From: Nostoc sp. | GTDB lineage: Bacteria; Cyanobacteriota; Cyanobacteriia; Cyanobacteriales; Nostocaceae | Assembly: GCA_036918135.1 (NCBI GenBank) | Contig: JBALDB010000020.1 | Span: 64,001-128,000, forward strand | Reading direction: 5' to 3' | DNA: 64,000 nucleotides | Shown here: piece by piece, positions 9,465 to 21,281 of the stretch | Position numbering within the stretch: the stretch's first letter is position 1 | Layout of the letters: every line of letters starts with the position of its first letter | The notes under the pieces: model-generated | Told to the model about the DNA's origin: nothing | What the model saw: the letters and a program-made list of their open reading frames with translations, nothing else | The model's database searches: none | Translations under genes and position numbers: made by a program

Positions 9465-11686
9465 ATCCAGCAATCGGCCAAGCAATCGATCGCGTAGACG
9501 GACGGTTGAAAGTGACCGGAGGCGCACATTACTGTGCTGAGATCCCGATTTCTAACTTAGTTCATGCCGCTTTAGTTGAGAGCGCGATCGCCAAAGGACG
9601 TATTGTCGAAATTGATACCAAGTTAGCTGCCGCCGCACCTGGTGTGCTAGCGATTCTGACGCATCACAATACTCCCCACATTGCTCCCTCACCCGTTACT
9701 TTGGGCTTCGATGGTGAGAACGGCTCGGCAGGAGAGCAACATCTGCCGCTTCAGGATAACCAAATTCATTATAGTGGGCAGCATATTAGTATTGTGATTG
9801 CCGAAACCTTTGAGCAAGCAACTTATGCTGCAACGCTGGTGCAGGTTCGCTACGAGGTAGAAGCACCCATAGCAACGATGCAGGCAGGAATGGAATATGC
9901 CTTTCCCCCGGATAATGTTTGGGGAAAACCACCTGAGACTCAACAAGGAAATGTGGCTAAAGGACTAGCAGATGCCGCCATCAAGATTGACCGGATTTAT
10001 ACGACGGCAATGCAGCACCACAATGCCATCGAACCTCATGCCACGATCGCTGTCTGGGAAGCAGATAATCTGACTTTGTATGAGCCGACAACGTGGGTTT
10101 ACGGTACTCAAAAGGCAGTAGCTCGCTGGCTACAAATGCCGCTTGAGAAAATCCGCGTGATTCAGCAGTTTGTGGGTGGCTCGTTTGGCTATAAAGGCCC
10201 TGCATGGACGCATGTGGTATTAACTGCGATCGCTGCACGTCATGTGAATCGACCTGTAAAGCTGGTACTGACTCGCCAACAAGAATTTTTTGCTGTGGGT
10301 CATCGTCCGCAGATTCAACACCAGATTCAATTAGGCGCAACGGCAACCGGACAACTGACGGCACTAACGCACCATGCGATCGCCTGCACATCCACCTTCG
10401 ATCGGCGAGTTGTTGCCCCGGTCACCCGCACCAGTCGCAAAATGTACGCTTGTCCTAACGTTGCCACTACATACCGTCTGGCTCCCACTAATATCGGCGG
10501 CCCGTTTACGATGCGCGGCCCTGGAGAGACACCAGGGTTGTTTGCGCTCGAATCGGCAATGGATGAGCTAGCTTACGCTTTGCAAATCGATCCAATTGAA
10601 TTGCGCTTACGCAATCATGCCGATGTCGATCCAGAAACCGGGAAACCCTGGTCGAGTAAGTCTCTCAAGGAGTGCTATCGGCAAGGTGCGGAAAGGTTCG
10701 GTTGGAAAGAGCGTGACCCGCAACCTGGTTCGATGCGAAATGGCGATCGCCTCGTGGGTTGGGGAATGGCAACGATGGCGTATGATGCCCGTTTTTCTCC
10801 CACAAGTGCCTCCGCGCAACTATTTGCCGATGGTAATGTTTTGGTGCAGAGTGCTACCTGCGACCAGGGTACAGGTTCGTACACGATTATGCGGCAAATT
10901 GCTGCGGATACATTAGGAATACCAATCTCAGCGATTCGCTTTGAACTTGGCGATACCCAGATGCCCGAAGCTCCTGTTTCAGCTGGGTCTCAGACAACGG
11001 CAAGCGTTGGCTCTGCGGTTAGTGCGGCGACGGCTTCCCTCAAACGCAAACTGCTGGCTTTGGCGTTCAACCATCCTTACTCTCCCCTTTACGGATACAC
11101 ACAAGCTGATGTGACTATGCACAATGGGCATTGCTACCTCAAGGACAATCCCAGTCAAGGACAGACTTACACAGAAATTTTGCAGCAACACCAAATGAAA
11201 TCGATTTCGGCACAGGAACAGGTGAAGCCTGATGACGACAGCGAGAAATTTACCCACTACTCATTTGGCGCGCATTTTGCCGAAGTGCAATTCCATCCGG
11301 GATTGGGGGAACTGCGAGTTACTCGCTATGTCGGCGCATTTGCTGCCGGACGCATTATTAACCCCAAAACAGCTTATAGCCAACTCATCGGTGGCATTAT
11401 TTGGGGTATTGGAATGGCGTTGCTGGAACAAAGCGTCGTCGATGCAAATTTAGGACGAATTGTCAATTCTAACCTCGCTGAGTATTTGGTTCCAACTAAT
11501 GCCGATATTCCCCCAATTGATGCATTTTTCATTGAAGAGGAAGACCCGCACGTTAATTTAATTGGTGTCAAAGGAATTGGCGAGATTGGCACTGTGGGAT
11601 CTGCCGCTGCGATCGCCAATGCAGTTTATCATGCGACAGGCAAACGCATTCGCGAGCTGCCCATTACGATTGACAAACTCTTATGA
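9461..11686 (+). CDS. Xanthine dehydrogenase family molybdopterin subunit (PaoC/YagR-like)
   Basis: [62 protein letters not shown] overlap. Confidence 0.93.
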   Translation: MNPAIGQAIDRVDGRLKVTGGAHYCAEIPISNLVHAALVESAIAKGRIVEIDTKLAAAAPGVLAILTHHNTPHIAPSPVTLGFDGENGSAGEQHLPLQDNQIHYSGQHISIVIAETFEQATYAATLVQVRYEVEAPIATMQAGMEYAFPPDNVWGKPPETQQGNVAKGLADAAIKIDRIYTTAMQHHNAIEPHATIAVWEADNLTLYEPTTWVYGTQKAVARWLQMPLEKIRVIQQFVGGSFGYKGPAWTHVVLTAIAARHVNRPVKLVLTRQQEFFAVGHRPQIQHQIQLGATATGQLTALTHHAIACTSTFDRRVVAPVTRTSRKMYACPNVATTYRLAPTNIGGPFTMRGPGETPGLFALESAMDELAYALQIDPIELRLRNHADVDPETGKPWSSKSLKECYRQGAERFGWKERDPQPGSMRNGDRLVGWGMATMAYDARFSPTSASAQLFADGNVLVQSATCDQGTGSYTIMRQIAADTLGIPISAIRFELGDTQMPEAPVSAGSQTTASVGSAVSAATASLKRKLLALAFNHPYSPLYGYTQADVTMHNGHCYLKDNPSQGQTYTEILQQHQMKSISAQEQVKPDDDSEKFTHYSFGAHFAEVQFHPGLGELRVTRYVGAFAAGRIINPKTAYSQLIGGIIWGIGMALLEQSVVDANLGRIVNSNLAEYLVPTNADIPPIDAFFIEEEDPHVNLIGVKGIGEIGTVGSAAAIANAVYHATGKRIRELPITIDKLL

Positions 11687-12205
11687 ACCAACAGCCAGCT
11701 AGAGAATAAACAGGGTGTAGGGTGTAGTGACCTCTCCTTCAAAAGAGAGGTTTCGCTCTAAGGACGCGGTGTTTCGAGACGCTTCGCGCGAGAAACACAT
11801 ATTTTTATTTGTTTCTCCTTAAAAAAAGAGGCTTTTACCAAGTCTTTGGAGCAGGTTCACTACACCCCACACCCGCTTCAAAGGAGCTTGGTCATATCAT
11901 GTTCGGTTGAAGACCGATCGTTAGGACTGACACAAAGAGAAGTCTGAGCGCCGACTTGGGGCGATCTGAACTTCACAAGTAGCTTTGTGACTATTAATAA
12001 ATATTAAAAAAATTCGAGCGATCGCCAATAACTATATTTACTACAATCTTTATGCTAGATCATTTATAGAGGCTCTATTTTTCCTTCAATAGAAACAAAC
12101 CTTAATTTTTTGTTTCACTGCGTAATTCCTACTTTTTGCCAGAGCTTTACATCAATTGGCATTCCCTATCTAAGCCAGGGAACAAGAAATTAGGAGCATG
12201 AAACA

Positions 12206-12643
12206 ATGTTTTGGAAATTTGTAATCAGTATTTTATTATTGCCCAGTTGCCTGGGATTGGAAATAGCCGCAGCTCTTGAAAAAAATGAGTTGCATATGCT
12301 ACCAATTTCTGAAGAATTAAGCGCCCCAGTTATTCAGACAAACGCAAATCAAAATCTCCTGAATTCTTTATATTCCTCAGTTACAAAAGATTTACAAGCT
12401 GATACTAAAAATTTAAAACATCGAAAATACCGACGCCATTATCACAGGTTTCGTAGACAGTATCATCAAAGGTATAGAAATTATTACCATGAAAGACTTT
12501 ATTCTCCCCAAAATATTTATTATCGGAGACGGTATCACAATCAATATATAAATTCCCATCAAGGAGTTTATAAGCCGCTATACTATCATTATCTCAAAAA
12601 CTATGACTATCTGCATAGAAATTTCCATCACCGTTGCTATTAA
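12206..12643 (+). CDS. Putative secreted protein with His/Tyr/Arg-rich C-terminus
   Basis: AGGAG RBS; signal-like MFWKFVISILLLPSCLG; C-terminal half dominated by R, Y, H. Confidence 0.6.
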   Translation: MFWKFVISILLLPSCLGLEIAAALEKNELHMLPISEELSAPVIQTNANQNLLNSLYSSVTKDLQADTKNLKHRKYRRHYHRFRRQYHQRYRNYYHERLYSPQNIYYRRRYHNQYINSHQGVYKPLYYHYLKNYDYLHRNFHHRCY

Positions 12644-12732
12644 GCTAATGCGCTGAGAAATTGCACTCTTGTTTATGAAGATTGTCATTAGTCATTTCTC
12701 ATTTGCAAATGACTTAATGACAATTACATATT

Positions 12733-12818
12733 TATAGCAGGAAGCAGGAGCTAAAACTATTACTGCTCCTAACATTCACGCTTGTCATTATGTCCTAACT
12801 TATGTGACTACGGCTATA
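12733..12818 (-). repeat. Miniature dispersed element, family A, copy 1
   Basis: Reverse complement TATAGCCGTAGTCACATAAGTTAGGACATAATGACAAGCGTGAATG...CTGCTATA matches copies at 57406 and 63400. Confidence 0.85.
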
Positions 12819-12819
12819 T

Positions 12820-13698
12820 TCAAACTACCTTTTGGTACTTTTGAGTTAAATACATCGCAATTCCTTTTTCATAATAAGCTGCTTCATTAATAAAAATAGG
12901 ATAAACAGTAGATACTCCCTCGTATAAAATATCTTTTCCTGCAAAATTTAGAAATATTGGCTCACCTGGATTCAGAGGTTGATAATCGCGAAACTGAAGC
13001 TGGGGATGAATCATAGCTTGAATCTCACCGTTTTCGTCTCTGGGATAATCAATAGTGTTAATGTATTGATAGAGTATAACTGTATTGTCTGTCTGGGGAA
13101 TATTACCTTGATTGCACGATTCAAAATAGTCCAAAATTGAATAAATAAGTTGTTCTGTTTTTTGAAATAATTCAGCATTTAAGACATTTTGAGCCACAGT
13201 ACCTACTTCGATTACAAAACCCAATTTGCACAAAGAACGCATAAATCCAACTTTTTTTGATTGTTGATTAACACAGACTCTCACTAAAGGGTTTTTTGAA
13301 CTTAAATAAGCAGCCAAACGAAGTAAGAAAGGATGCAGTTCGCCAAAAATCAAACTTAACCCCATATTGGCAGTAGTGCTATGCAAATCAATGATTACAT
13401 CAACAAAAGGCTGATTTTGGGGTTGCAGTATTTGTTTAATTTCTTTTGCTCGCGTATCTTCGTAACTTAAGAGATTTGGATTTTGTAAGTCTTGATGAGT
13501 GAAGCAACGATTTAAATCTTTGTCAATGTAACGTTTACCTTCTGCAATAGCTTTGGGATTACCAAGTAATACCAAAGTTTCTAAACTTTGTCTGTTAATT
13601 AAATTTGGAGATTGCTGAAATTTTTTAACTAAGTGTACTCCTGTTAATTCATTACCGTGCGTTCCTCCAACGATCGCTACTCGTTCAATCTGACTCAT
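12820..13698 (-). CDS. Aspartoacylase (M14-like, AstE/AspA family)
   Basis: [36 protein letters not shown]. Confidence 0.93.
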   Translation of the reverse strand: MSQIERVAIVGGTHGNELTGVHLVKKFQQSPNLINRQSLETLVLLGNPKAIAEGKRYIDKDLNRCFTHQDLQNPNLLSYEDTRAKEIKQILQPQNQPFVDVIIDLHSTTANMGLSLIFGELHPFLLRLAAYLSSKNPLVRVCVNQQSKKVGFMRSLCKLGFVIEVGTVAQNVLNAELFQKTEQLIYSILDYFESCNQGNIPQTDNTVILYQYINTIDYPRDENGEIQAMIHPQLQFRDYQPLNPGEPIFLNFAGKDILYEGVSTVYPIFINEAAYYEKGIAMYLTQKYQKVV

Positions 13699-13986
13699 AA
13701 AAACCTCGTAATAAAAGCTTATAGGCTAGACATTATCATGCCCACCCTAGTGTGGTCTTTTTAGATAAAACCTACTAAGTGAATGGGGCATTGAGCAAAC
13801 AAGGCATTGGTCATTTGTCATTCTCCACGTCCCCTTGTCCTCTAAAGTTCTGTTCGTCATTCGCGCAGTGTCTTTGCTCAAAGCGTATCCTAGACAATAC
13901 ACAAACACGGCGAATCGCTACTCTATCATCAAAATTCGGCGAGTTGTGACTTCTGTTTTTGTCCCCTTACCCTTTGCACTCCCCAC

Positions 13987-14117
13987 TAAGTAAATAGGAG
14001 AGAATAAACTCAACCATGTTAAGAAACGTAAATACACTTGAAATTTTTACAAATGACTAACGACAAATAACAAATGACGATTCTTGCTAGTTAATTTTAT
14101 TTGCATCGCTCTACTTA
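13987..14117. repeat. Miniature inverted-repeat element, family C
   Basis: TAAGTA...TACTTA termini with internal heptamers; relatives at 27082-27212 and 52163-52251. Confidence 0.6.
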
Positions 14118-14162
14118 CATCTCTTTGCTTCTTTCTAATTGGTAACTTACGATAACTGTTAA

Positions 14163-15377
<1,215 letters not shown>

Positions 15378-16287
15378 ACAATATAATCGGTTTAATCTCT
15401 GCTAACCTACAAGTAAAACTGGAATCAGTGCCATTATTAAGAATGTCTGATAAATTTTGTTACATTTAGACGATTTACGATCGCCAAATATCATCAATTG
15501 ATTGAACTGGAATTTCTTACACAAACCAATCATATTGAATTACAGCAGTTTTTATCTATTTAGACCACATACTCATCTTCCTCTCTGCGACTTTGCGCCT
15601 GGAGCGTGATAAAAAAGCCGTGGTTGATTTACCTGAAAATAGCTGTAATTTGAGGAGAATTGATGATGACTAATGACCGTTGAGTGTGAACAGTAGGATA
15701 TTTTTTAGAAACAAAGTTGCTGACTTGCTCCTGATGACCGTTGAGTGTAAACAGTAGAACATTTTTTAGAAAGGAAGTTTTTAAGCGCGATCGCCTAAAA
15801 AAGTGTTCTATTCTCTCAAGCATCTTATCTCATATTTGCTCGATTACTTAATTAACTCCCTTTAAGCCCACCCCTTAATCCTCTCTTTTAGCCCGGAAAG
15901 GAGAAGACAAAGCTACGCTTTGCCGGGGTGCAATGACTATAGGAATCATAACTATTTATCGGAACTTGATATTATACCTCGTTTTAGTGGCGTACTCAAG
16001 GGCGATAACACACCATACATATACTTTCCTCCCCAAAAGCGACTCAACCCAATCAAGATCCGACTTTTTTCCGACTTTTTTCCGACCGACAAACTTCCTA
16101 TTTGGTAGTACAGTATTTCGATGAGCAGTATTCATATTCCTAACTTCTTAGAGGGGATAGATTGCCAATTGCACAATTACAGGCTAGTGAAACTCACCTA
16201 TTTTTACTGGGTGAGTTTATTTCATCTATGTGCAAACTGCATATTAACTTGATTTACACATCAACCTGAGTTTAAGGAGAGCATTTT

Positions 16288-17994
16288 GTGACTTATTACT
16301 ATAACGGAACTTTGGGTTCTGACTACTTCGACTATCTATCAGAGTACAACTATTCCAGCAGCTACTACTACTACGTGTCTGATGCCCTGGATGCTAGTGG
16401 TGATAATGGCAATGACATCATCTATGGTGGTTATTACTATGACGACACTATCTATGGTGGTGGTGGCAATGACTACCTTTATGTAGGGGATAGTAGCGGG
16501 AACACCTCGCTAACTGGTGGGTATGGTTCAGATACGATTTATGGTGGTAGTGGTAATGATGTCATCTCTAGCGATGAGGAAGATTACAATTACACCAATA
16601 ACTATTTCACTAACTACATCTATGCTGGAGATGGCGATGACATTATCTATGGTAGTTCTGATAGTGCAGATTATGTAGATGCCGGGTTTGGTAACGACAA
16701 CATTCAGTATGTCGACTCTTACAATAACAACACCATTTTAGGTGGAACTGGCGATGACTTCATTATCGCTGGAGAGGGCGATGACTCCCTTGACGGTGGA
16801 GATGGTGCAGATGCCATAAGAGGTGGTGATGGTGATGACACCATCTTTGGTGGGGCTGGCAATGATAACCTCGAAGGTGATGGCAACGATCTAAACGGCA
16901 ATGACACCGTAAATGGTGGTAGTGGCAATGACACCTTATATGGTGGTCTTGGCAAAGACTTCTTATATGGTGGCACTGGCGATGATGTTTACTATGTCGA
17001 TCTTGTTTATGACCAGAGTTTTTTTGATAGTGGTAAGGATGTAGTGACTGAGTATACTTCGGCTGGTACTGACTTAGTAAATTCTCCTTTCACCTACACT
17101 TTATCGGCAAACGTAGAAAACTTAATCCTGACTGGTTCTGCTGCTATCAATGGATATGGCAATAGCCTCAGTAACACGATTAAAGGTAACACTGCCAACA
17201 ACATTATCTACGGTTACGACGGCAATGACTCGCTCAACGGTGGGCTTGAGGGCAATGACTACCTCGACGGTGGGGCTGGTAATGATACCTTAAATGGCGC
17301 TAATGGCAATGACACATTAGTCGGTGGGACTGGCAATAACGCCTACTATGGTGGCGCTGGCAATGACATTTACTATGTTAATAGTGTTAACGATGTAGTC
17401 AACGAGTATAGCTCTCCGGGCACTGACCTAGTAAATTCTTCTATCACCTACACTTTGTCGGCAAACGTAGAAAACCTGACTCTCACTGGTTCTGCTGCTA
17501 TCAATGGATATGGCAATAATCTAAATAATACAATTACAGGTAACAATGGTAACAACTCGCTTACCGGAAGTGCTGGTAATGATACAATCAACGGGGGTGC
17601 TGGTAATGATACAATCAACGGGGGTGCTGGCAAAGACGTACTGACTGGTGGCACTGGAACCGATAAATTCACCTACACTGCTTTGAGTGACTCGTTGTTA
17701 GCTAGCTATGATGTGATTACTGGCTATACTAGTGGCGAGCAAATCGACCGTGTTGGTGGTTCGGCAGTAACGCTGACTACCTCTGTTGGTAAGATAGCTA
17801 GTTTAACTGCGGCAAATATCTCTACTTTACTCAAGAGCAGTGTGTTTACAGCCAACAGTTCTAAAGCATTTACTGTTAATGGTATTAGCGGTACCTTCCT
17901 CGCTTTCAATGACGCAACTGCTGGTTACAATTCTGCAAATGATTCCATTATCTTCCTCCAGAGTTATACGCTTGGATCTGTTTCCATTGTCTAA
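16288..17994 (+). CDS. RTX (hemolysin-type) calcium-binding secreted protein
   Basis: Many GGxGxDxL nonapeptides; two copies of D.V.S..TYTLSANVENL.LTGSAAINGYGN; AAGGAG RBS with GTG start. Confidence 0.9.
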   Translation: MTYYYNGTLGSDYFDYLSEYNYSSSYYYYVSDALDASGDNGNDIIYGGYYYDDTIYGGGGNDYLYVGDSSGNTSLTGGYGSDTIYGGSGNDVISSDEEDYNYTNNYFTNYIYAGDGDDIIYGSSDSADYVDAGFGNDNIQYVDSYNNNTILGGTGDDFIIAGEGDDSLDGGDGADAIRGGDGDDTIFGGAGNDNLEGDGNDLNGNDTVNGGSGNDTLYGGLGKDFLYGGTGDDVYYVDLVYDQSFFDSGKDVVTEYTSAGTDLVNSPFTYTLSANVENLILTGSAAINGYGNSLSNTIKGNTANNIIYGYDGNDSLNGGLEGNDYLDGGAGNDTLNGANGNDTLVGGTGNNAYYGGAGNDIYYVNSVNDVVNEYSSPGTDLVNSSITYTLSANVENLTLTGSAAINGYGNNLNNTITGNNGNNSLTGSAGNDTINGGAGNDTINGGAGKDVLTGGTGTDKFTYTALSDSLLASYDVITGYTSGEQIDRVGGSAVTLTTSVGKIASLTAANISTLLKSSVFTANSSKAFTVNGISGTFLAFNDATAGYNSANDSIIFLQSYTLGSVSIV

Positions 17995-18242
17995 ACCTCA
18001 TTTAGACATTATCTTGGTATCAGAGGTTGTTTGAAAAGTTGTAAAGTATACTCAAAACCTCTTTCCTCCATAATGAGAGAGGCTTTGAAACTTCTATTCA
18101 TTTGTAACAATTAGCTAGTACAGTTCGGCGTAAATAAACCACCCATTCAAAATTAATGAAACGCTTGCGCTGTATTAATTTTAAATTTTGAATTTTGAAT
18201 TCCGCCTTGCGATACTAGGCTTACCAATTACTAGAGAATAAA

Positions 18243-19571
18243 TCACAAACTAAATTCGGCTGCATTATCCTCATCTCCATCTGCATCTTTACCCACAGCA
18301 GTAAATTTAAATTTAGAGCCATGAATTAATTCACCAAACGTAATTTCTGAATTTTGGTAAAGAATATTCAGAACACTCATAAAATCTCGTACAATTTCTC
18401 CTGGCGTAAGTAATGCTTCTGCACCCAAGCGATTAACAATTTCTTGCACAAACTCTTTTAATTCACGATTTGTCAAAGTCTGTTCATAAGCGAAATTGAG
18501 TGCATGAATTTCAGCTAAACGTTGCAAAAGTATCAAAATTTCTGCTTCACTTAACGGGTTTAACCGAATTACTGGCCCTAAAATTTCTTGAACATTAGCT
18601 TGTGCGATAAAACGGCTTTCTTTCGTTCGTCTTCGCCAAGCTTGGTCTGCAAAAAGTCCTCTATTTGGGTCTTCTAAAAATTTAGTTGTTCCACCGACAA
18701 CAATACCAAGATGTTCTGCTTTGCACTGCATGGTATCGTTAAACATTGTTAGAAGTCGATTATAATTTTTTTCCCGCGTAATGGTAGTAGATATTTGATA
18801 TAAATTTACAGCTTCATCAATTATAATTAATAGTCCTTTATAGCCAATCTCAGCGACAAATTTAGCAAGCAATTTGATGTAGTCATACCAACTATCATCA
18901 TCAATAATGATGCGGACTCCTAAAGCCGCTTTCGCCTCACTTTTGGTCGTAAATTCTCCACGCAGCCAGCGCATTGCGGCGTTTTTTAAATTATCATCAT
19001 CCAATCTGTAGCCACGCCAATAAGCAATAATAACACTACCAAAATCAAAACCGTGAACTAAATCTTCAATATATTGAACTACTTCCCTAATTTTTGATTC
19101 AACTTGGTCATCAAAACCATCGTCATTCGGACGCATTTCAGTTTCTTTAACCACTTCTTGTTGAATTTTATTAATCCATCCTTCTAAAATCGAGACTAAA
19201 GCACCACCATCAGGACGAGTTTTTGTAGCTAGATGGCTGATTAATTCTCGATAGGTTGCTAAACCTTCATTCTTACTTCCTGCTAATCGGCGTTCAGAGG
19301 ATAAATCAGCATCAGCTACGACAAAACCTTGCTCCATCCCTCGATTACGAATTAGTTGTAGTAAAAAGCTTTTCCCTGAACCATAATTACCAATTATAAA
19401 CCGAAATGCTGCTACACCTTCTGCAATATCGTTAAGATTTTGTAATAGGCTTTTAAGTTCTTTTTCTCGACCTACTGCTATATGTTCAACTCCCACTCTT
19501 GGTACTACCCCCGCACCAAGGGAATTAATCAAAGCAGTGGATACTTTTTTCGAGATTTTGAGTTTTGCCAT
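18243..19571 (-). CDS. DUF2791 (BrxD-like) P-loop ATPase
   Basis: SLGAGVVPRVG, Walker A GNYGSGKS, Walker B LIIIDE, RWLRGE. Confidence 0.85.
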   Translation of the reverse strand: MAKLKISKKVSTALINSLGAGVVPRVGVEHIAVGREKELKSLLQNLNDIAEGVAAFRFIIGNYGSGKSFLLQLIRNRGMEQGFVVADADLSSERRLAGSKNEGLATYRELISHLATKTRPDGGALVSILEGWINKIQQEVVKETEMRPNDDGFDDQVESKIREVVQYIEDLVHGFDFGSVIIAYWRGYRLDDDNLKNAAMRWLRGEFTTKSEAKAALGVRIIIDDDSWYDYIKLLAKFVAEIGYKGLLIIIDEAVNLYQISTTITREKNYNRLLTMFNDTMQCKAEHLGIVVGGTTKFLEDPNRGLFADQAWRRRTKESRFIAQANVQEILGPVIRLNPLSEAEILILLQRLAEIHALNFAYEQTLTNRELKEFVQEIVNRLGAEALLTPGEIVRDFMSVLNILYQNSEITFGELIHGSKFKFTAVGKDADGDEDNAAEFSL

Positions 19572-19803
19572 GTATTACACTTTAGTTGATTTTAAACGCA
19601 GAAGCACGCAGCAACTAGGTAAGGTATATTATCACCTGATTAATAATCTGACAACCTCAGAATTCAGAACTGGTCAATTCAAGAGTTAGAAGTTAGATTA
19701 AGAAGACTTTTATAATCAAGCTGAAGAATTTTCAAGAATCGAGGGTACTAGAGGTTATTAATTGAATAATCATTTTGGATTTTGACTCCTGACTCCTGAA
19801 TTT

Positions 19804-21138
19804 TCACATTTGCTCATGTTTAGTCATAATATTGTCATACATTGCAATTATTTTTTTGATATAGGTTTTATACTCTGGATAAACTTCTGGAATTTCTAAA
19901 TCTGAATCGATTATTAATTCACCAATAGTATCATTTGCTCGTTCATTAATAGAATCAATTAGCAGATTGGGCATAGTAATATTTGCTTCAGCAATTTTTT
20001 TAATAGTAGCTTTGGTATTATCTTGTTCAACTATAGCTTTTAATACTTGTAATTCATATTCTGGTAAATTTACCAAAAAATTAGTCCATTCTTCAGGGAT
20101 ACGTTCTAACATATCAACTTCTGAGAAATCTATTGTTGTTGAAGATTCAATTATTTCTGTAAAAGGAAACAATTCATTATTATCTTCTGTTGAATTACTA
20201 AGCAGAGGTTCTGGATTGAGCGTTTCTATTTGTTGGAGTAAATCCCACACTTGATTTTGCAACAAGTCTCGTTCTTCTTGCAATAATGAAACTTGTGCTT
20301 GTAATTGCTGTATTTCTTCTTTTTTTGTTGCTATTTGAGTTTGTGAAGAATTCAGTAACGCTTGAGTATTTTCTTTTTCAGTTGTTGTCGATACAAGTAG
20401 TTCATTTTCTTTGTTTACTTTGATTTCTAGTTCTTGAATTGTAATTCGCAATTCGTATAATTTTTCTTCTAATTGGGGTTTGAGTCTGCCTAAAAGAGTC
20501 AAATTGCTTTCAACTTCTTGTTTTTGGTGTTGGAGTTCGGAAATTTGACTTTGTAATTGGGTAATTTCAGCACGGGATACATGACAATTCGACTCTAAAC
20601 GACGTTTTTCTGCTGTTAAATTAGAAAAAGTGTTATTCAATTCTGCTTGATTCTTTTCCAAGTTATTCAATTCAATTTGCAAATTGCTGATTTCAGTTTC
20701 TAACTGCTTTTTTTGCCCAGCAATTGTTCTTACTTCTCGATGCAAACTGTCCCTTTGGCTACGGTTTTCAGTTACTTGATTTTGGAGTTGTTTGGACTCT
20801 GCATATAATAAATTATGATGTTCTTCAATTTGATTAATTTCTCTAACAATACGAGCTTTTAACCCCTCCATTTCTTTAATTCGCTTCCGAAGGGAACCTA
20901 AAACAAACATTTCGTAATTTCTGCGTCGCTTATCTACGAATAAGGCTGTTGCATAGATAACAAGTCCAGTAATTACACCCGTGAGAAAGGCTTTATTAAA
21001 ATCCCAGTTAGGAACAAGGCTAAGTCCAAAACTCACACTAAAGGCAACTATGCCTAAAATAAATCGATTACCGATCGTTACTGATTGCATATTGCTGTTT
21101 GTTAGCGTAGTTAACCGATTGGAATAAGCAGTTTTCAT
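19804..21138 (-). CDS. Membrane-anchored coiled-coil protein with C-terminal TerB_C-like domain
   Basis: Two N-terminal TM segments, long Q/E/L heptad region, C-terminal MPNLLIDSINERANDTIGELII. Confidence 0.75.
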   Translation of the reverse strand: MKTAYSNRLTTLTNSNMQSVTIGNRFILGIVAFSVSFGLSLVPNWDFNKAFLTGVITGLVIYATALFVDKRRRNYEMFVLGSLRKRIKEMEGLKARIVREINQIEEHHNLLYAESKQLQNQVTENRSQRDSLHREVRTIAGQKKQLETEISNLQIELNNLEKNQAELNNTFSNLTAEKRRLESNCHVSRAEITQLQSQISELQHQKQEVESNLTLLGRLKPQLEEKLYELRITIQELEIKVNKENELLVSTTTEKENTQALLNSSQTQIATKKEEIQQLQAQVSLLQEERDLLQNQVWDLLQQIETLNPEPLLSNSTEDNNELFPFTEIIESSTTIDFSEVDMLERIPEEWTNFLVNLPEYELQVLKAIVEQDNTKATIKKIAEANITMPNLLIDSINERANDTIGELIIDSDLEIPEVYPEYKTYIKKIIAMYDNIMTKHEQM

Positions 21139-21281
21139 ATTAATTTTAAATTTAAAATTAGAATTTTATATATACAATTCTAATTTTTGTTTTTTATCAT
21201 TATAATTCTAAAATTTATAATTATTCGTGCATAATATTGTTAGGTAATAAATAAAAAAGTGTGATTATCAATAAATTAATA

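Noticed and set aside
1841..11619. Many short overlapping or antisense ORFs in the island, including 4578-4964 and 2466-2996
   Set aside because: Shadows of real genes in GC-richer DNA, with no recognisable motifs
11700..12000. Possible IS element at the right edge of the island
   Set aside because: Only short hairpins and repeat fragments; no transposase frame or target duplication found
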